This document shows, in pieces, positions 17,583-27,055 of a DNA stretch of 64,000 nt. The stretch's first letter is position 1; each line of letters opens with the position of its first letter. The notes under the pieces are model-generated. The model saw only the letters and a list, made by a program, of their open reading frames with translations, did no database searches and had not been told where the DNA came from. Source of the stretch: Chlamydiia bacterium. Its GTDB lineage: Bacteria; Chlamydiota; Chlamydiia; Chlamydiales; 2-12-FULL-49-11. The stretch lies in contig JBIKLZ010000001.1 of assembly GCA_044359535.1 (NCBI GenBank), forward strand, positions 73,163 to 137,162, read 5' to 3'. A program made the translations under genes and the position numbers.

Positions 17583-18020
17583 TTATTGCTCTTGAGATTC
17601 TTCTTTGGGAAGATCGCTTTTTTTTAAATATTTATCGATTACTGTTCTTTCTGGACATTTCCCATGGCACTCACTAAAACGGGGGAGGTTTAAAAAGACT
17701 AACTCACGTATGAATTCTTTTAAAGAAAACACGCCGCTTTTCATTGTATCTAAAGAAAAAGCTACATGTTTTTCCTCAACATGGAGGGGATGGGAGATAG
17801 GATCATTACAAATTGTACAGTAATTAACCACCTCTGTGTCTATAGAAATATTAAGAACTAAATGATCTGTGGTCACAGTTGCAGCTCCCTTGATAAGAAG
17901 ATCCTTTTCAAAAGAGGCTTCATTATCGCAGCTTTCCATGATGTAAGGCCCTGCAACTAAAGAAAATTCTTTATATTCAGAGCTTTTCAATCGATCAATG
18001 TATAGGTCTAATTCTTCCAT
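17583..18020 (-). CDS. yceD: YceD/DUF177 family protein (upstream partner of rpmF)
   Basis: The call rests on conserved position directly upstream of rpmF, the size, and Cys motifs (CTICNDP ... ECHGKCP). ATG 18020 is preferred over TTG 18059. Confidence 0.65.
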   Translation of the reverse strand: MEELDLYIDRLKSSEYKEFSLVAGPYIMESCDNEASFEKDLLIKGAATVTTDHLVLNISIDTEVVNYCTICNDPISHPLHVEEKHVAFSLDTMKSGVFSLKEFIRELVFLNLPRFSECHGKCPERTVIDKYLKKSDLPKEESQEQ

Positions 18021-18102
18021 AATGGAAAGAAGTATACATAAAAAGGGTTTTCTATTCAACTCTTTAATCCTCTATTTTTAAAGCAACGGGGTGAAAAGTC
18101 TT

Positions 18103-19182
18103 TTATATGAGACTGAGTTCATTTTTTGAATGTTCTTTCATATGGGAAGAAAGTTGAGCATAGTCCATTTCCATGGAGGTTGCAATAAAGGGGGAGGAGA
18201 GTAAATTGGCAAGTTCTTTTTTAATATTTTTTAAGGTGCAGAAGGGGCCAATAAGCTCTGGAACCGCTCTTTTCTTCAATAAAATATTTGGAAGGCTAAA
18301 GTGGGTAAGGGTTAATCCAAAAAAATATTGGAAGATGAGTTGTTCTAAAGTAGAAAGGGGGTAACACGAGATTTGTGGAATGTGCAAGAGGGCCAGTTCC
18401 AAATTGATCGTTCCATTTTTAGATAGAGCAAATGAGGTTTCTGATAGCAAAGCCTCTTTTTCTTCTGGACCCCTTAAAGTGACAGCATACCCCTTTGTGA
18501 TTTTTTCAATAGTTGAGAGTAAAGAGTCTTTAGCGACACTTACATGAATTGCGTAGTCTGAAAAAGATCTACTTGCCTCAAGAAAAAGGGGAAGTAGCGA
18601 TACAACTTCTTGTTTACGTGACCCTGGAAATAGGGCTAAAATCTTTTTTTTAGGATCCTTAATTCTTGGCTTGAGGGTGTTTAAAGGGTGGCCCACACAT
18701 CGAACCTTTAATGAAGAGCCTTTAAAGAGTTCTTCTTCAAAAGGGAAAAGGCAGAGCAGTTCGTCGTAATATTTTTCTAAGATCGCTTTTCTTTTAGGCC
18801 GCCATGCCCAAATAGAGGGGCACACCAGTTGAATCAATGTTCCTTTATAGCCCCTTTTTCTAAGTCGTTTGGCTAATACTAAATGAATATCTGGAAGATC
18901 TATCAATAAAACTCTGTGGGGATGTTTCTCAAGGATCCGTTTTTCAATCTTTTTGACAGCTCTAAAAATTTTTTTTAAGGAAGCAATGGGGCGTAAAATA
19001 CCCATAAAATTGAGCTCATCCATCCCAAACAGCTCTTTAATCTCAAGGGTTTTTAAATAAGGACCAAGGACCCCTTCCATCTTTACCTTTCCAGAAAGAT
19101 TCTTTAGGATTTCAAAGCCTAGCTTATCGCCACTTAACTCCCCTGTAACGACAAAAATATCTAAAGGTTGTCTATCATCCAT
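18103..19182 (-). CDS. lpxB: lipid-A-disaccharide synthase
   Basis: The N-terminus IFVVTGELSGDKLG matches the GExSGD motif. The ~360-aa GT19-like layout includes LFPGSRKQEV. Confidence 0.8.
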   Translation of the reverse strand: MDDRQPLDIFVVTGELSGDKLGFEILKNLSGKVKMEGVLGPYLKTLEIKELFGMDELNFMGILRPIASLKKIFRAVKKIEKRILEKHPHRVLLIDLPDIHLVLAKRLRKRGYKGTLIQLVCPSIWAWRPKRKAILEKYYDELLCLFPFEEELFKGSSLKVRCVGHPLNTLKPRIKDPKKKILALFPGSRKQEVVSLLPLFLEASRSFSDYAIHVSVAKDSLLSTIEKITKGYAVTLRGPEEKEALLSETSFALSKNGTINLELALLHIPQISCYPLSTLEQLIFQYFFGLTLTHFSLPNILLKKRAVPELIGPFCTLKNIKKELANLLSSPFIATSMEMDYAQLSSHMKEHSKNELSLI

Positions 19183-19814
19183 AAGGCCCCTTGGGTAAAT
19201 ATTTCATGAGGAGTTCCATGACCCATTCTTCCAATAGAAGGGTAGATCTCTAATTTTGAGTGAGAGGAGAGCTCTTTATGAAGTGAAATCACACGATCTG
19301 TCCCCACTAAAGAATCGTTATCCCCAATAAAAAAATGAATTTTTTTATTTTTTAATAGAGAGGTACGCTCTTTAATCGATAACTTACCCTCATTGTTGAG
19401 TTCAAGCATTGGGGCAAAACAGACCGCTGTAGTCACTTCTTTAACCATACTTGCAATCCAAAGGGCGATAAATGCCCCTCGAGATAGACCCATGACCCCA
19501 TAAGGGGGTGGAAAATAAGAGGTAAGCTCCTTTATCCCCTGAGCAAGGGCTTGGATAAACGTTTCTATTTGAGCCACATCCTTTTCCCAAAGTTCTCTTA
19601 TATGATAGGGTCTTGCGTTATGTTCATGGTGGGGAAGGGTTGTTGAGATCACTTGAAAGCTCTGATCGACTAAAATATCGACAGGGGTGCAAAAAGGGGG
19701 AAGGAGTAAAGAATCCTCCCCAGATAAAGAAAAATAAAAAACAGTTTTTGAAAAAGGGAGGGGGGGTTGTTTTGCTAAAAAAGTAAGGGTGGAGGTTTTA
19801 TAAGTTTGTATCAT
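19161..19814 (-). CDS. alpha/beta-fold hydrolase (esterase-like)
   Basis: The nucleophile elbow is GLSRG (GxSxG). A late Asp (GDNDSLV) and His (GHGTPHE) are consistent with a Ser-Asp-His triad. Confidence 0.55.
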   Translation of the reverse strand: MIQTYKTSTLTFLAKQPPLPFSKTVFYFSLSGEDSLLLPPFCTPVDILVDQSFQVISTTLPHHEHNARPYHIRELWEKDVAQIETFIQALAQGIKELTSYFPPPYGVMGLSRGAFIALWIASMVKEVTTAVCFAPMLELNNEGKLSIKERTSLLKNKKIHFFIGDNDSLVGTDRVISLHKELSSHSKLEIYPSIGRMGHGTPHEIFTQGALWMIDNL

Positions 19815-21037
19815 GCTCTTTTTCTATTGCGCGGCGATTTTGGTGGACGAGGATGTTCTGTTTTATGCTTTTCATAGTAATACTTCCATTCATTATAGAT
19901 ATCTGTAAAACCAGGTTCAACATCTGCTCTTAATTTAAAAAATTTCAAGGCAGCGCTAAAATCTGGAGACTTTGGAATCTTACAGATCGTTGCTTTTTTC
20001 TTTTGTAATGGGGTAAATCGATATTGAGTTGTTAAAATCCCAGCCACATCGGCAAGAATTTTTTTTGTGATTTTAAGGGAGGGTTCAAAAAGAGTGGAGG
20101 TGACCAAAAAGGCTTCATCTTGAATTCTTCCAAGATGGGCTTTTCTTGGTGAACTTTTATAGATTTCCTGCATTTTATTATCAAACACTGGAAAAACAAG
20201 ACATGAAACAAGGACAGAGCGGAAAGGAATTCTTGCTTGATCTATTAAAATGGATCGATCCACTTCACCTAAAAGGGTATAGATTTTATGTTCTAAAGGG
20301 GTTTGAAAATGATCGGCTAGATTTGGAAGAAGGGTTTGTAAAAAGCCATGTTTTTGAAGATTTTTTAAAAACGGAACAGAGGAGCCAGACTCAAGCATTC
20401 TAAGGAGCTCTTCAAGAATTCTCATTGGGGAACTTTTTAAGATCTCTTTTCTTAAAGCAAATAAAGCCTCTATCATTTCCTCATCAGGGGTAAGGCCAAA
20501 CCTTGATCTAAATTTTAGCAACCGTATCATCCTTACAGGGTCTTGTTTGAAGCGGATGTAAGGATTTCCAATGCAACGTAAAAACCCTTTTTTTGCATCC
20601 TCAACCCCACCGACATAGTCGATGATAGTTTCAGATTCACTGCAATAGAACAATCCATTTACAGTAAAATCTCTTCGTGACACATCTTCAAGTTCTGTCC
20701 CCCACTCATTGTCGTTATAAATCAGGGTGTCATCCTCATTATCCCCCTTGCGGAAGGTAGCAACTTCAAAGATCTTATTATGGACCCTTACATGAGCGAG
20801 TCTAAATCTTTTACCCACAATAAAGCACTGAGGAAAGCATTTTTTTACTTGTTCTGGTAAAGCGTTTGTGGAGATATCGTAATCTTTAGGGCGGTAATTA
20901 AGGAGTAAGTCCCGTACACTTCCTCCAACAAGGTAGGCAATGTATCCATTTTGCCTTAACGTTTCTAACACATCAAGAGCATCTTCATCAATAAGGTGCT
21001 TTTCAATAGCATGTTGATCTTTTGTATATGTTTTCAT
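19811..21037 (-). CDS. pcnB: poly(A) polymerase I-like nucleotidyltransferase (PcnB family)
   Basis: LVGGSVRDLLLNYRPKDYDISTNALPEQV, GKRFRLAHV...FEVATFRKG, RRDFTVNGLFY and DPVRMIRLLKFRSRFGL are present, with a basic C-terminal tail. This closely parallels E. coli PcnB as recalled. Confidence 0.8.
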   Translation of the reverse strand: MKTYTKDQHAIEKHLIDEDALDVLETLRQNGYIAYLVGGSVRDLLLNYRPKDYDISTNALPEQVKKCFPQCFIVGKRFRLAHVRVHNKIFEVATFRKGDNEDDTLIYNDNEWGTELEDVSRRDFTVNGLFYCSESETIIDYVGGVEDAKKGFLRCIGNPYIRFKQDPVRMIRLLKFRSRFGLTPDEEMIEALFALRKEILKSSPMRILEELLRMLESGSSVPFLKNLQKHGFLQTLLPNLADHFQTPLEHKIYTLLGEVDRSILIDQARIPFRSVLVSCLVFPVFDNKMQEIYKSSPRKAHLGRIQDEAFLVTSTLFEPSLKITKKILADVAGILTTQYRFTPLQKKKATICKIPKSPDFSAALKFFKLRADVEPGFTDIYNEWKYYYEKHKTEHPRPPKSPRNRKRA

Positions 21038-21124
21038 GGGACAGATTAGGTGTTGATTTTTTATGATAGCAAAGGGGATATAAAAAAGATAGCAAGCTTT
21101 TGGGTTTTTTGCTAGACTCCTTTC

Positions 21125-22330
21125 ATGATAAAAACTAGGACAAACCCCTTCAGTAAGACCTTTTTAGGAGCCCTTTTAATTGGGGGGACAGCCCTTGGGG
21201 CAGCAATGCTTGCAAATCCAGTAGCAACAGCCGGTGCCGGGATTATCCCTTCCTATGTGGTCTACCTTTTGTGCTGGATTTTTTCTGTGGCTACGGGGTG
21301 TCTTTTTATTGAGCTTTCCTCATGGCTCCCAAAAGGGGCAAATTTGATGACAATGGGGGAGACGTTTCTTGGTAGATGGGGGAAGTGGGCCGTTCTTTTT
21401 CTCTATATTTTTCAGTTTTATTTCATCCTTATTGCCTACGTTGCCCTTGGGGGAAGGTTGGTTATTGATTTTATATGTGAGCATATCCCCTATATTTATG
21501 GGATTGGCACCTTTACCCTTTTTTTTGGAGCTTTTATTGTTAAAGGGACAAAGGCAGCTTCTTTGTTAAATAGCTTTTTAATGGGGGGACTGATCCTTTC
21601 GTTTTTCGCATTTATCACAATTTCTGGTCATTATGCATCGTTATCTCAAGCAAACTATTTTGGTTGGAAGCACGCCTTTATGGGCCTTCCTGTGATTTTT
21701 ATTTCCTTTAGTTATCAAGGAACTATTCCTACTCTTTACAACTATTTAAATCAAAATGGGAAGCAAGCAAGAGCAGCGGTAATTTTTGGAACCCTTATTC
21801 CATTTTTAGCCTATATTATTTGGGATTTTGTAATTAAAGGGATTGTCCCTGTAGAGGGAACTTATGGCCTTCTTGCAGCAAAATTATCAGGAGACAGTGC
21901 TATTGCCCCTCTTGCTTATATCACGCAAGACTCAAGGATTTCCCTTTTAGGAAGGGTGTTTGCTTTTTTTGCAATTGCCACCTCCTTTATCGGTGTAGGG
22001 CTTGCAATGGTCGATTTTTTTGCCGATCTTTTTAAAATAGAGGCCAAAAAAGGTTCAAGAACCTCTATTGTCCTTTTGATCTTAGTTCCCGTAGTTACAA
22101 TTGTTGCGATCAACCCATCGATTTTTTTAACAGCCTTAACCCTCGCAGGGGGGTTTGGCTCAGCACTTCTTTTGGGTCTTTTGCCAATTGTCCTTGTTTG
22201 GATTGGAAGGAATAAAAAGGGGTTTAAATCAAAGGACACCTATCTTCCTGGGGGAAAAAAGGTTCTTTTTTTGATGACAATTGCCATTTTTATAGAAATT
22301 GGAATCAGTATTGCTGCATTCATCCATTAA
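21125..22330 (+). CDS. tyrP: aromatic amino acid (Tyr/Trp) permease, HAAAP family
   Basis: This ~400-aa polytopic protein has GGTALGAAMLANPVATAGAG, PVIFISFSYQGTIP and ATSFIGVGLAMVDFFADLF, which parallel E. coli TyrP/Mtr motifs. Confidence 0.75.
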   Translation: MIKTRTNPFSKTFLGALLIGGTALGAAMLANPVATAGAGIIPSYVVYLLCWIFSVATGCLFIELSSWLPKGANLMTMGETFLGRWGKWAVLFLYIFQFYFILIAYVALGGRLVIDFICEHIPYIYGIGTFTLFFGAFIVKGTKAASLLNSFLMGGLILSFFAFITISGHYASLSQANYFGWKHAFMGLPVIFISFSYQGTIPTLYNYLNQNGKQARAAVIFGTLIPFLAYIIWDFVIKGIVPVEGTYGLLAAKLSGDSAIAPLAYITQDSRISLLGRVFAFFAIATSFIGVGLAMVDFFADLFKIEAKKGSRTSIVLLILVPVVTIVAINPSIFLTALTLAGGFGSALLLGLLPIVLVWIGRNKKGFKSKDTYLPGGKKVLFLMTIAIFIEIGISIAAFIH

Positions 22331-22778
22331 AGATAAGGGAGCTATTTTTTTCTAAAAAAGTCTCTTTAAAACGATATTGATCAAGCAACCCCGTTACATC
22401 CCATCCAAGGATAAGATAAGCGATAAATAGCGCTTCAATACTTGCAAGCCCCCGCGTTTCATCACTACAGGCTGTGTTTTTTCTTGGGTATGCTGTTTTA
22501 AAAGGGGGTAAAGAACGTCTTTGAGGGGTAAAAGGGAGCGTTTTTTCCATTTTTTCTGCAAGTTTCCACGTCCCATCAATGAGATAAATCCCTTTTTCAT
22601 TTCCCTCTAATACAGGGGCGTCCATCGATAGGAGGACAAAGTCGCAATAGTGGGGTAAATGTTGCTTTGGATAGGAATAAAAGGCCATATCGGTGCGCTC
22701 TTCAAGACCTGTAAGGGAGCACTTTTTTAAATTTTCCCTTTTATGGCGTAGAATAACTGCTTTTAATTCATCTTTCAT
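22320..22778 (-). CDS. Tsr3/DTW-like aminocarboxypropyl (acp) transferase family protein
   Basis: This 152-aa protein has RHKRENLKKCSLTGL, a DGTW motif (YLIDGTWKLAEKM) and GLASIEALFIAYLILG. These parallel the KKCSG, D(T/S)SW and SxxEA motifs of archaeal/eukaryotic Tsr3 and bacterial DTW (TapT) proteins, as recalled. Confidence 0.5.
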   Translation of the reverse strand: MKDELKAVILRHKRENLKKCSLTGLEERTDMAFYSYPKQHLPHYCDFVLLSMDAPVLEGNEKGIYLIDGTWKLAEKMEKTLPFTPQRRSLPPFKTAYPRKNTACSDETRGLASIEALFIAYLILGWDVTGLLDQYRFKETFLEKNSSLIFNG

Positions 22779-24636
22779 AGGATTCTAAGGGTTGTAGGTT
22801 GTTAAAAGCCTCAAATTCAAGGAGATTTTTTGGAATATCAAAGAGAAATCTACAGGCATTGCGGGTCATCGGTTTTCCTCTAAATAGACGCTTTCTTGCC
22901 ATCGACAGGTAAAGGTACTCTTTAGCTCTTGTAATAGCGACATAAAATAGACGGCGCTCTTCTTCTAACCCCCCTTCTTCAATGCTTTTTTCATGAGGCA
23001 TTGTCCCATCTTCAAGTGAGACAATAAAGCATGCCTTAAACTCAAGACCTTTTGCACTGTGAAAGGTTAGAAGGGAGATTCCGTTTTTTTTTCGATCTTT
23101 GGAGTGCATGTGGTCATCAAGCAACGAGCCATTGATAAAATCACCAAGAGAGGCGTTGTCTTGATCAGCTATTTTAGCCATCTCAAGACATGTAGCTATG
23201 TTGTCTAACTTATACATTTGAGCCTGCTCACTTTTCACCTCTTTTTTAATTTCCTCTTTAAGATTAAGTTCATCGATGAGACAGTGAAGTTTTTCTGAAA
23301 GGCTCTTTTTTTCTTGGGCTTTTCTAATGATTGAATTGAAAGTGGAGATCCCAATTTTTCCTTGTGGGGAGATGTCTAAATGATCGTAATAATCAAGAGT
23401 CTCATATACAGAGCACTGTAAGCGAGAAGCTTCTTTTGTTAACGCTTCAATAGAGGCTGTGGATACCCCCCTTTTTGGATAGTTTAAAATACGTAAAAGA
23501 GCTGTGGTGTCTTTTGGATTATGAAGCACTTTTAAGTAGGCAAAAAGATCCTTTACCTCCGATCTTTGATAAAATGAGGTCCCCTGGACCACATGGTAGG
23601 GAATTCCCCTTACCCATTTGCCTTCGTCATTCCAAGAAGCTTGCATTAAAGCCACTTCGAAGGGTTTAGTTAAATTGTTGGATCTATAAAGGATGGCAAT
23701 ATCAGACCACTGAAGTTTTTTTTGTTCCTTTAAATAGATCAGTCTATGAATAATGCTTTCGGCCTCTTCTTTTTCAGTAGGGGCATGAAAAAGACGGGGG
23801 AGGTTTGTGCTCCTTTTTTTTGAAAAAAGAACCTTTTGATGCCTTGTCATATTTTTTGCGATCAGCACATTTGCAATATCTAAAATCGGTTGGGTTGAGC
23901 GGTAATTTTCCTCAAGAGTGACAACTGTGTCATGGGGAAAATTAAGAATATGATCCACTTGAGCCCCTCTAAATCCATAGATAGATTGATCATCATCTCC
24001 AACAACAAAAAGATTTCTATTCTTTTCGGTCAAAAGTTCAATGAGTTCATATTGGATGGCATTAGTGTCTTGATATTCATCTACCATCACAAATTCAAAC
24101 TGTTCTTGATATTCTTTAAGAACTTTTGGGTGATTTTTGAAAAGTTCAACAGTAAGCTCTAAAAGTCCATCAAAGTCAACAGCATTGTAGGCTTTTAAAA
24201 CCCCTGTCATCCCTTTTCTAAAAGCATCAGATGTCACCTTGCTTTCCTCTTTAAGAGATAAAGCTTGATAGACTTCATCTTCAAGTCTTTCTTTATCTCT
24301 ATCGTCATAGAGGGAAAAGGTCTCTGTGTAGCCAAGGTGATGAATGTGCTTTTTTAACACATCTAAACAAAAACTATGAAAGGTGAGCAAGGGGATTGTT
24401 TCCCCTACAGTTTTTCCAACCCGCTTAGAAATACGGGTACGCATTTCAGCTGCGGCTTTATTTGTAAAGGTCAGCCCTAAAATGCTTGAGGGTTTTACCC
24501 CATGATCCTTGATTAAATGAACAATTCTCTCAGTAAGGACGGTGGTTTTTCCAGAACCAGCTCCTGCTAAAACTAACACTTTACCATAGACAGTAGAGCA
24601 GGCTTGCTTTTGAGATGAATTAAGTTTGGGTTGCAT
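22768..24636 (-). CDS. uvrD: ATP-dependent DNA helicase, UvrD/PcrA/Rep family
   Basis: Motifs are Walker A VLAGAGSGKTTVL, DEYQDTN, GDDDQSIYGFRGA, NYRS, TFHSAKGLEF and YVAITRAKE. The start is set at ATG 24636. The track extension overlaps rnpA. Confidence 0.9.
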   Translation of the reverse strand: MQPKLNSSQKQACSTVYGKVLVLAGAGSGKTTVLTERIVHLIKDHGVKPSSILGLTFTNKAAAEMRTRISKRVGKTVGETIPLLTFHSFCLDVLKKHIHHLGYTETFSLYDDRDKERLEDEVYQALSLKEESKVTSDAFRKGMTGVLKAYNAVDFDGLLELTVELFKNHPKVLKEYQEQFEFVMVDEYQDTNAIQYELIELLTEKNRNLFVVGDDDQSIYGFRGAQVDHILNFPHDTVVTLEENYRSTQPILDIANVLIAKNMTRHQKVLFSKKRSTNLPRLFHAPTEKEEAESIIHRLIYLKEQKKLQWSDIAILYRSNNLTKPFEVALMQASWNDEGKWVRGIPYHVVQGTSFYQRSEVKDLFAYLKVLHNPKDTTALLRILNYPKRGVSTASIEALTKEASRLQCSVYETLDYYDHLDISPQGKIGISTFNSIIRKAQEKKSLSEKLHCLIDELNLKEEIKKEVKSEQAQMYKLDNIATCLEMAKIADQDNASLGDFINGSLLDDHMHSKDRKKNGISLLTFHSAKGLEFKACFIVSLEDGTMPHEKSIEEGGLEEERRLFYVAITRAKEYLYLSMARKRLFRGKPMTRNACRFLFDIPKNLLEFEAFNNLQPLESYER

Positions 24637-24961
24637 CGGATGAGCCTTTTGTAATTGTTGTAATAAAATGGCTCCAATCTGAAAATAGTTCTTCGAAAGA
24701 TGCAGATTTCCCCCCTTGGAGAGGGAGAATATTGATGTGGAGAGATTGAGGGAAATAGGGAACAAGATGTCTATATATTTCTTTCATTCTTCGTTTAAAA
24801 AGATTTCTTGAAACTGCATCGCCAAATTTTTTTGAAACAGTAAGGCCTAGTTTTTGCTGCTCTTTAGGATCAATAAGGTACTGAAAACAGATGTATTTTC
24901 CATAATGCTTGACCCCAAGAGCTCGAATTTTTCCAAACTCCCATTTTTTTCTAACATGCAT
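24620..24961 (-). CDS. rnpA: ribonuclease P protein component
   Basis: GLTVSKKFGDAVSRNLFKRRMKEIYR matches the RnpA signature (vsKK.g.AV.RN..KR). It lies directly downstream of rpmH. ATG 24961 is the first Met after the rpmH stop. Confidence 0.8.
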   Translation of the reverse strand: MHVRKKWEFGKIRALGVKHYGKYICFQYLIDPKEQQKLGLTVSKKFGDAVSRNLFKRRMKEIYRHLVPYFPQSLHINILPLQGGKSASFEELFSDWSHFITTITKGSSDATQT

Positions 24962-24981
24962 CTTTCTTGTGAAAGAATAGG

Positions 24982-25116
24982 TTAGACTGTCAGCTGCCAA
25001 CGACCCCGTTGTCTTCTTCTGTTTAAGACCTTGCGCCCACCTGGAGTTGCCATACGTGCACGAAACCCATGGGATCTTTTTCTTCTTATCTTGCTTGGTT
25101 GATACGTTCTTTTCAT
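24982..25116 (-). CDS. rpmH: 50S ribosomal protein L34
   Basis: This gene is not in the supplied ORF track (44 aa). Hand translation gives [44 protein letters not shown] with stop TAA at 24982-24984. Confidence 0.9.
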   Translation of the reverse strand: MKRTYQPSKIRRKRSHGFRARMATPGGRKVLNRRRQRGRWQLTV

Positions 25117-25248
25117 AATTCATGACTCTCAAATTTTTTGTAACTATAATGAGAGAAATGATAGCAGGATAGATTATATTTGTCAATAATTCTCGAAAAT
25201 GATATCCTTCTGCCTATATTTAATAAATGTACAGGAAATAGGAAATCT

Positions 25249-25386
25249 ATGAAAGTTCGAGCATCTGTAAAAGCAGACCAAAGTAAAGGGGATAAACTTG
25301 TTCGCCGCAAGGGCAGGCTATATGTAATTAATAAACTTGATCCAAGACGTAAGCAACGTCAAACAGGACCAGCAAGAAAAAAATAG
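25249..25386 (+). CDS. rpmJ: 50S ribosomal protein L36, Cys-less (zinc-independent, YkgO-like) form
   Basis: [45 protein letters not shown] has the L36 scaffold with no Cys or His zinc ligands. The track ORF start at 25180 is an upstream extension, and ATG 25249 follows GGAAAT. Confidence 0.85.
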   Translation: MKVRASVKADQSKGDKLVRRKGRLYVINKLDPRRKQRQTGPARKK

Positions 25387-25398
25387 AAAGGAGATCAA

Positions 25399-25704
25399 AT
25401 GGCTAGAAAAGCACTTGTTGAGAAAGAGAAACGACGCGTTAAGATGGTAAAAAATGCCGCGGTCAAAAGAGCACAATTAAAAAAAGTGATTAAATCTTTT
25501 GAGACCTCAGATGAGGATAGACTCAATGCTGTGGATACACTCAATAAAATGAAAAAAAGTTCATCTAAGGTGAGATTGCATAACAGGTGTCAACTTACAG
25601 GGAGACCTCGAGGCTACATGAGAAAATTTGGTGTATCAAGACTTTGTTTTAGAGAGCTTGCATTAGAGGGTCTTATCCCTGGAATTACAAAATCTTCTTG
25701 GTAA
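25399..25704 (+). CDS. rpsN: 30S ribosomal protein S14 (long form)
   Basis: The 101-aa protein ends [39 protein letters not shown]. Confidence 0.95.
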   Translation: MARKALVEKEKRRVKMVKNAAVKRAQLKKVIKSFETSDEDRLNAVDTLNKMKKSSSKVRLHNRCQLTGRPRGYMRKFGVSRLCFRELALEGLIPGITKSSW

Positions 25705-25731
25705 TCTTCTTGTTAACACTAAGAAAATTAG

Positions 25732-25765
25732 ACCCATTAGTTGTACAGCTAATGGGTTTTTTTTT
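25732..25765 (+). terminator. rho-independent terminator after rpmJ-rpsN
   Basis: A perfect 9-bp stem pairs ACCCATTAG (25732-25740) with CTAATGGGT (25749-25757) around an 8-nt loop. A run of 8 further T residues follows. It sits between convergent genes. Confidence 0.75.
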
Positions 25766-25798
25766 GATTCAATTTAAATAGACTTCTTTCGAATACAT

Positions 25799-26362
25799 TT
25801 ATTCAATAAAATCTGGATCCAAGATTAAATTTGCATTAGAAAAATCTGAAATAAGAGACCATTGATCAAATTCTTCGCACCAAATATAGCCATTACAATC
25901 CACTTTATTTTTTTGAATTTCTTCACGAAATTCTTTGATTTTATATGGACCTTTGATGGCATTGCCAACAGATGGATCGATGTAGTACCAATCTAAAGTG
26001 CGATTGGCCGAGAGCCTTTTTTGTCTTGGAAAATCAAAATTTTCATTATCATCTATTGATGCAGCCGATTCGTTATGAATTTTTAAGTCTTTTGCACAGG
26101 GTTCTTTAAGTGGATTAGAAAGCTTGTTTTCCTTTTTTGGAAGGATAAGGAGGGCAATGATAGCAAATATTCCAAAAAAGAATCCTAGAGCCCCCCACAC
26201 TTTTGGATTACGCCCTTGACCTTTTGCGGTGTAATAGCAAACAACCCCTAAAAGGGAGGGAATAACCACAGATAAAAGGGCTAAAAGGGTATTAAAGTCG
26301 TCCATGGGTAGTATCTCCGTGTATAGCTGCATCCTATATTTTTTTTCTGTTTTAGGAAACAA
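25799..26362 (-). CDS. membrane protein with C-terminal GYF_2 (DUF4339)-like domain
   Basis: It has two N-terminal TM segments. The C-terminus WYYIDPSVGNAIKGPYKIKEFREEIQKNKVDCNGYIWCEEFDQWSLISD fits the GYF_2 pattern (WYY...GP....l......i....vW...m..W). Confidence 0.5.
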   Translation of the reverse strand: MFPKTEKKYRMQLYTEILPMDDFNTLLALLSVVIPSLLGVVCYYTAKGQGRNPKVWGALGFFFGIFAIIALLILPKKENKLSNPLKEPCAKDLKIHNESAASIDDNENFDFPRQKRLSANRTLDWYYIDPSVGNAIKGPYKIKEFREEIQKNKVDCNGYIWCEEFDQWSLISDFSNANLILDPDFIE

Positions 26363-26502
26363 ATTGTTGAGTGTACCCTATATTGTGTTTATTAACAATT
26401 GAAGATCAATGCCATTTTTATAAACATGGGTGCATTTTGACCTTGCAGAAAATGGAAGAAATAGTTCAAAATCAAGATAATTTAGAGCTTTAAGGGGCAA
26501 AA

Positions 26503-26970
26503 ATGACCATAGATGATGACTCAGACCCATTTGATGATATCGATACTAAAGAGATGGATATTCCTGAAACGATCTATATTAGGGATATAGAAACCCGTGT
26601 CTTTCAATCTATTACGATAAAATGCCTATCATCGATTGATGGAATAGCCCTTCTGGAGGGGACTTTAATGGACAATCTCCTTGGAAGAGAAGGACTTGAG
26701 AGAATTAAGGGAATTTATGTTGAGCAGGATGTAAAGAATCGCTCTGTAAGCATCAAAATTGAGTTAAATATCTATTATGGAATTTCTCTTCCTGAAAAAT
26801 CTGAGGAGATTCAAGAAAAAATTGTTAGGGAAATTTCGACCCTTACAGGGCTTCATGTCTCTTCAGTTCATGTGGTTTTTAAAAATCTTCTTTTAGAACG
26901 GCCAAAACTTCAAGAGCGTTCAGACACTCCTGCTTTTGAGGATGAAATGGAAGAGTTTATCTCATCGTAA
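26503..26970 (+). CDS. Asp23/Gls24-family envelope stress protein
   Basis: IETRVFQSITIKCLSSIDGIA..., a VSIKIELNIYYGISLPEKSEEIQEKI core and VHVVFKNL are typical of DUF322/Asp23. Confidence 0.7.
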   Translation: MTIDDDSDPFDDIDTKEMDIPETIYIRDIETRVFQSITIKCLSSIDGIALLEGTLMDNLLGREGLERIKGIYVEQDVKNRSVSIKIELNIYYGISLPEKSEEIQEKIVREISTLTGLHVSSVHVVFKNLLLERPKLQERSDTPAFEDEMEEFISS

Positions 26971-27055
26971 GTCATTCATAATGAGACTTATTTTAATTGA
27001 TCGATTTTAATTAATAAATATGATATAATTAATATAAACAATCAAAAGGTGCATT

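Noticed and set aside
19811-21037. PcnB-like ORF as the CCA-adding enzyme needed by the two CCA-less tRNA genes
   Set aside because: The sequence features (EVATFR box, basic C-terminal tail, overall parallel to E. coli PcnB) favour poly(A) polymerase. The CCA enzyme is probably encoded elsewhere.
24962-25186. Upstream part of the 188-aa track ORF 24620-25186, and ORF 25113-25310
   Set aside because: The first is a frame artefact spanning rpmH, whose real product is in another frame. The second lies in the divergent promoter spacer and overlaps the rpmJ start. Neither has a motif.
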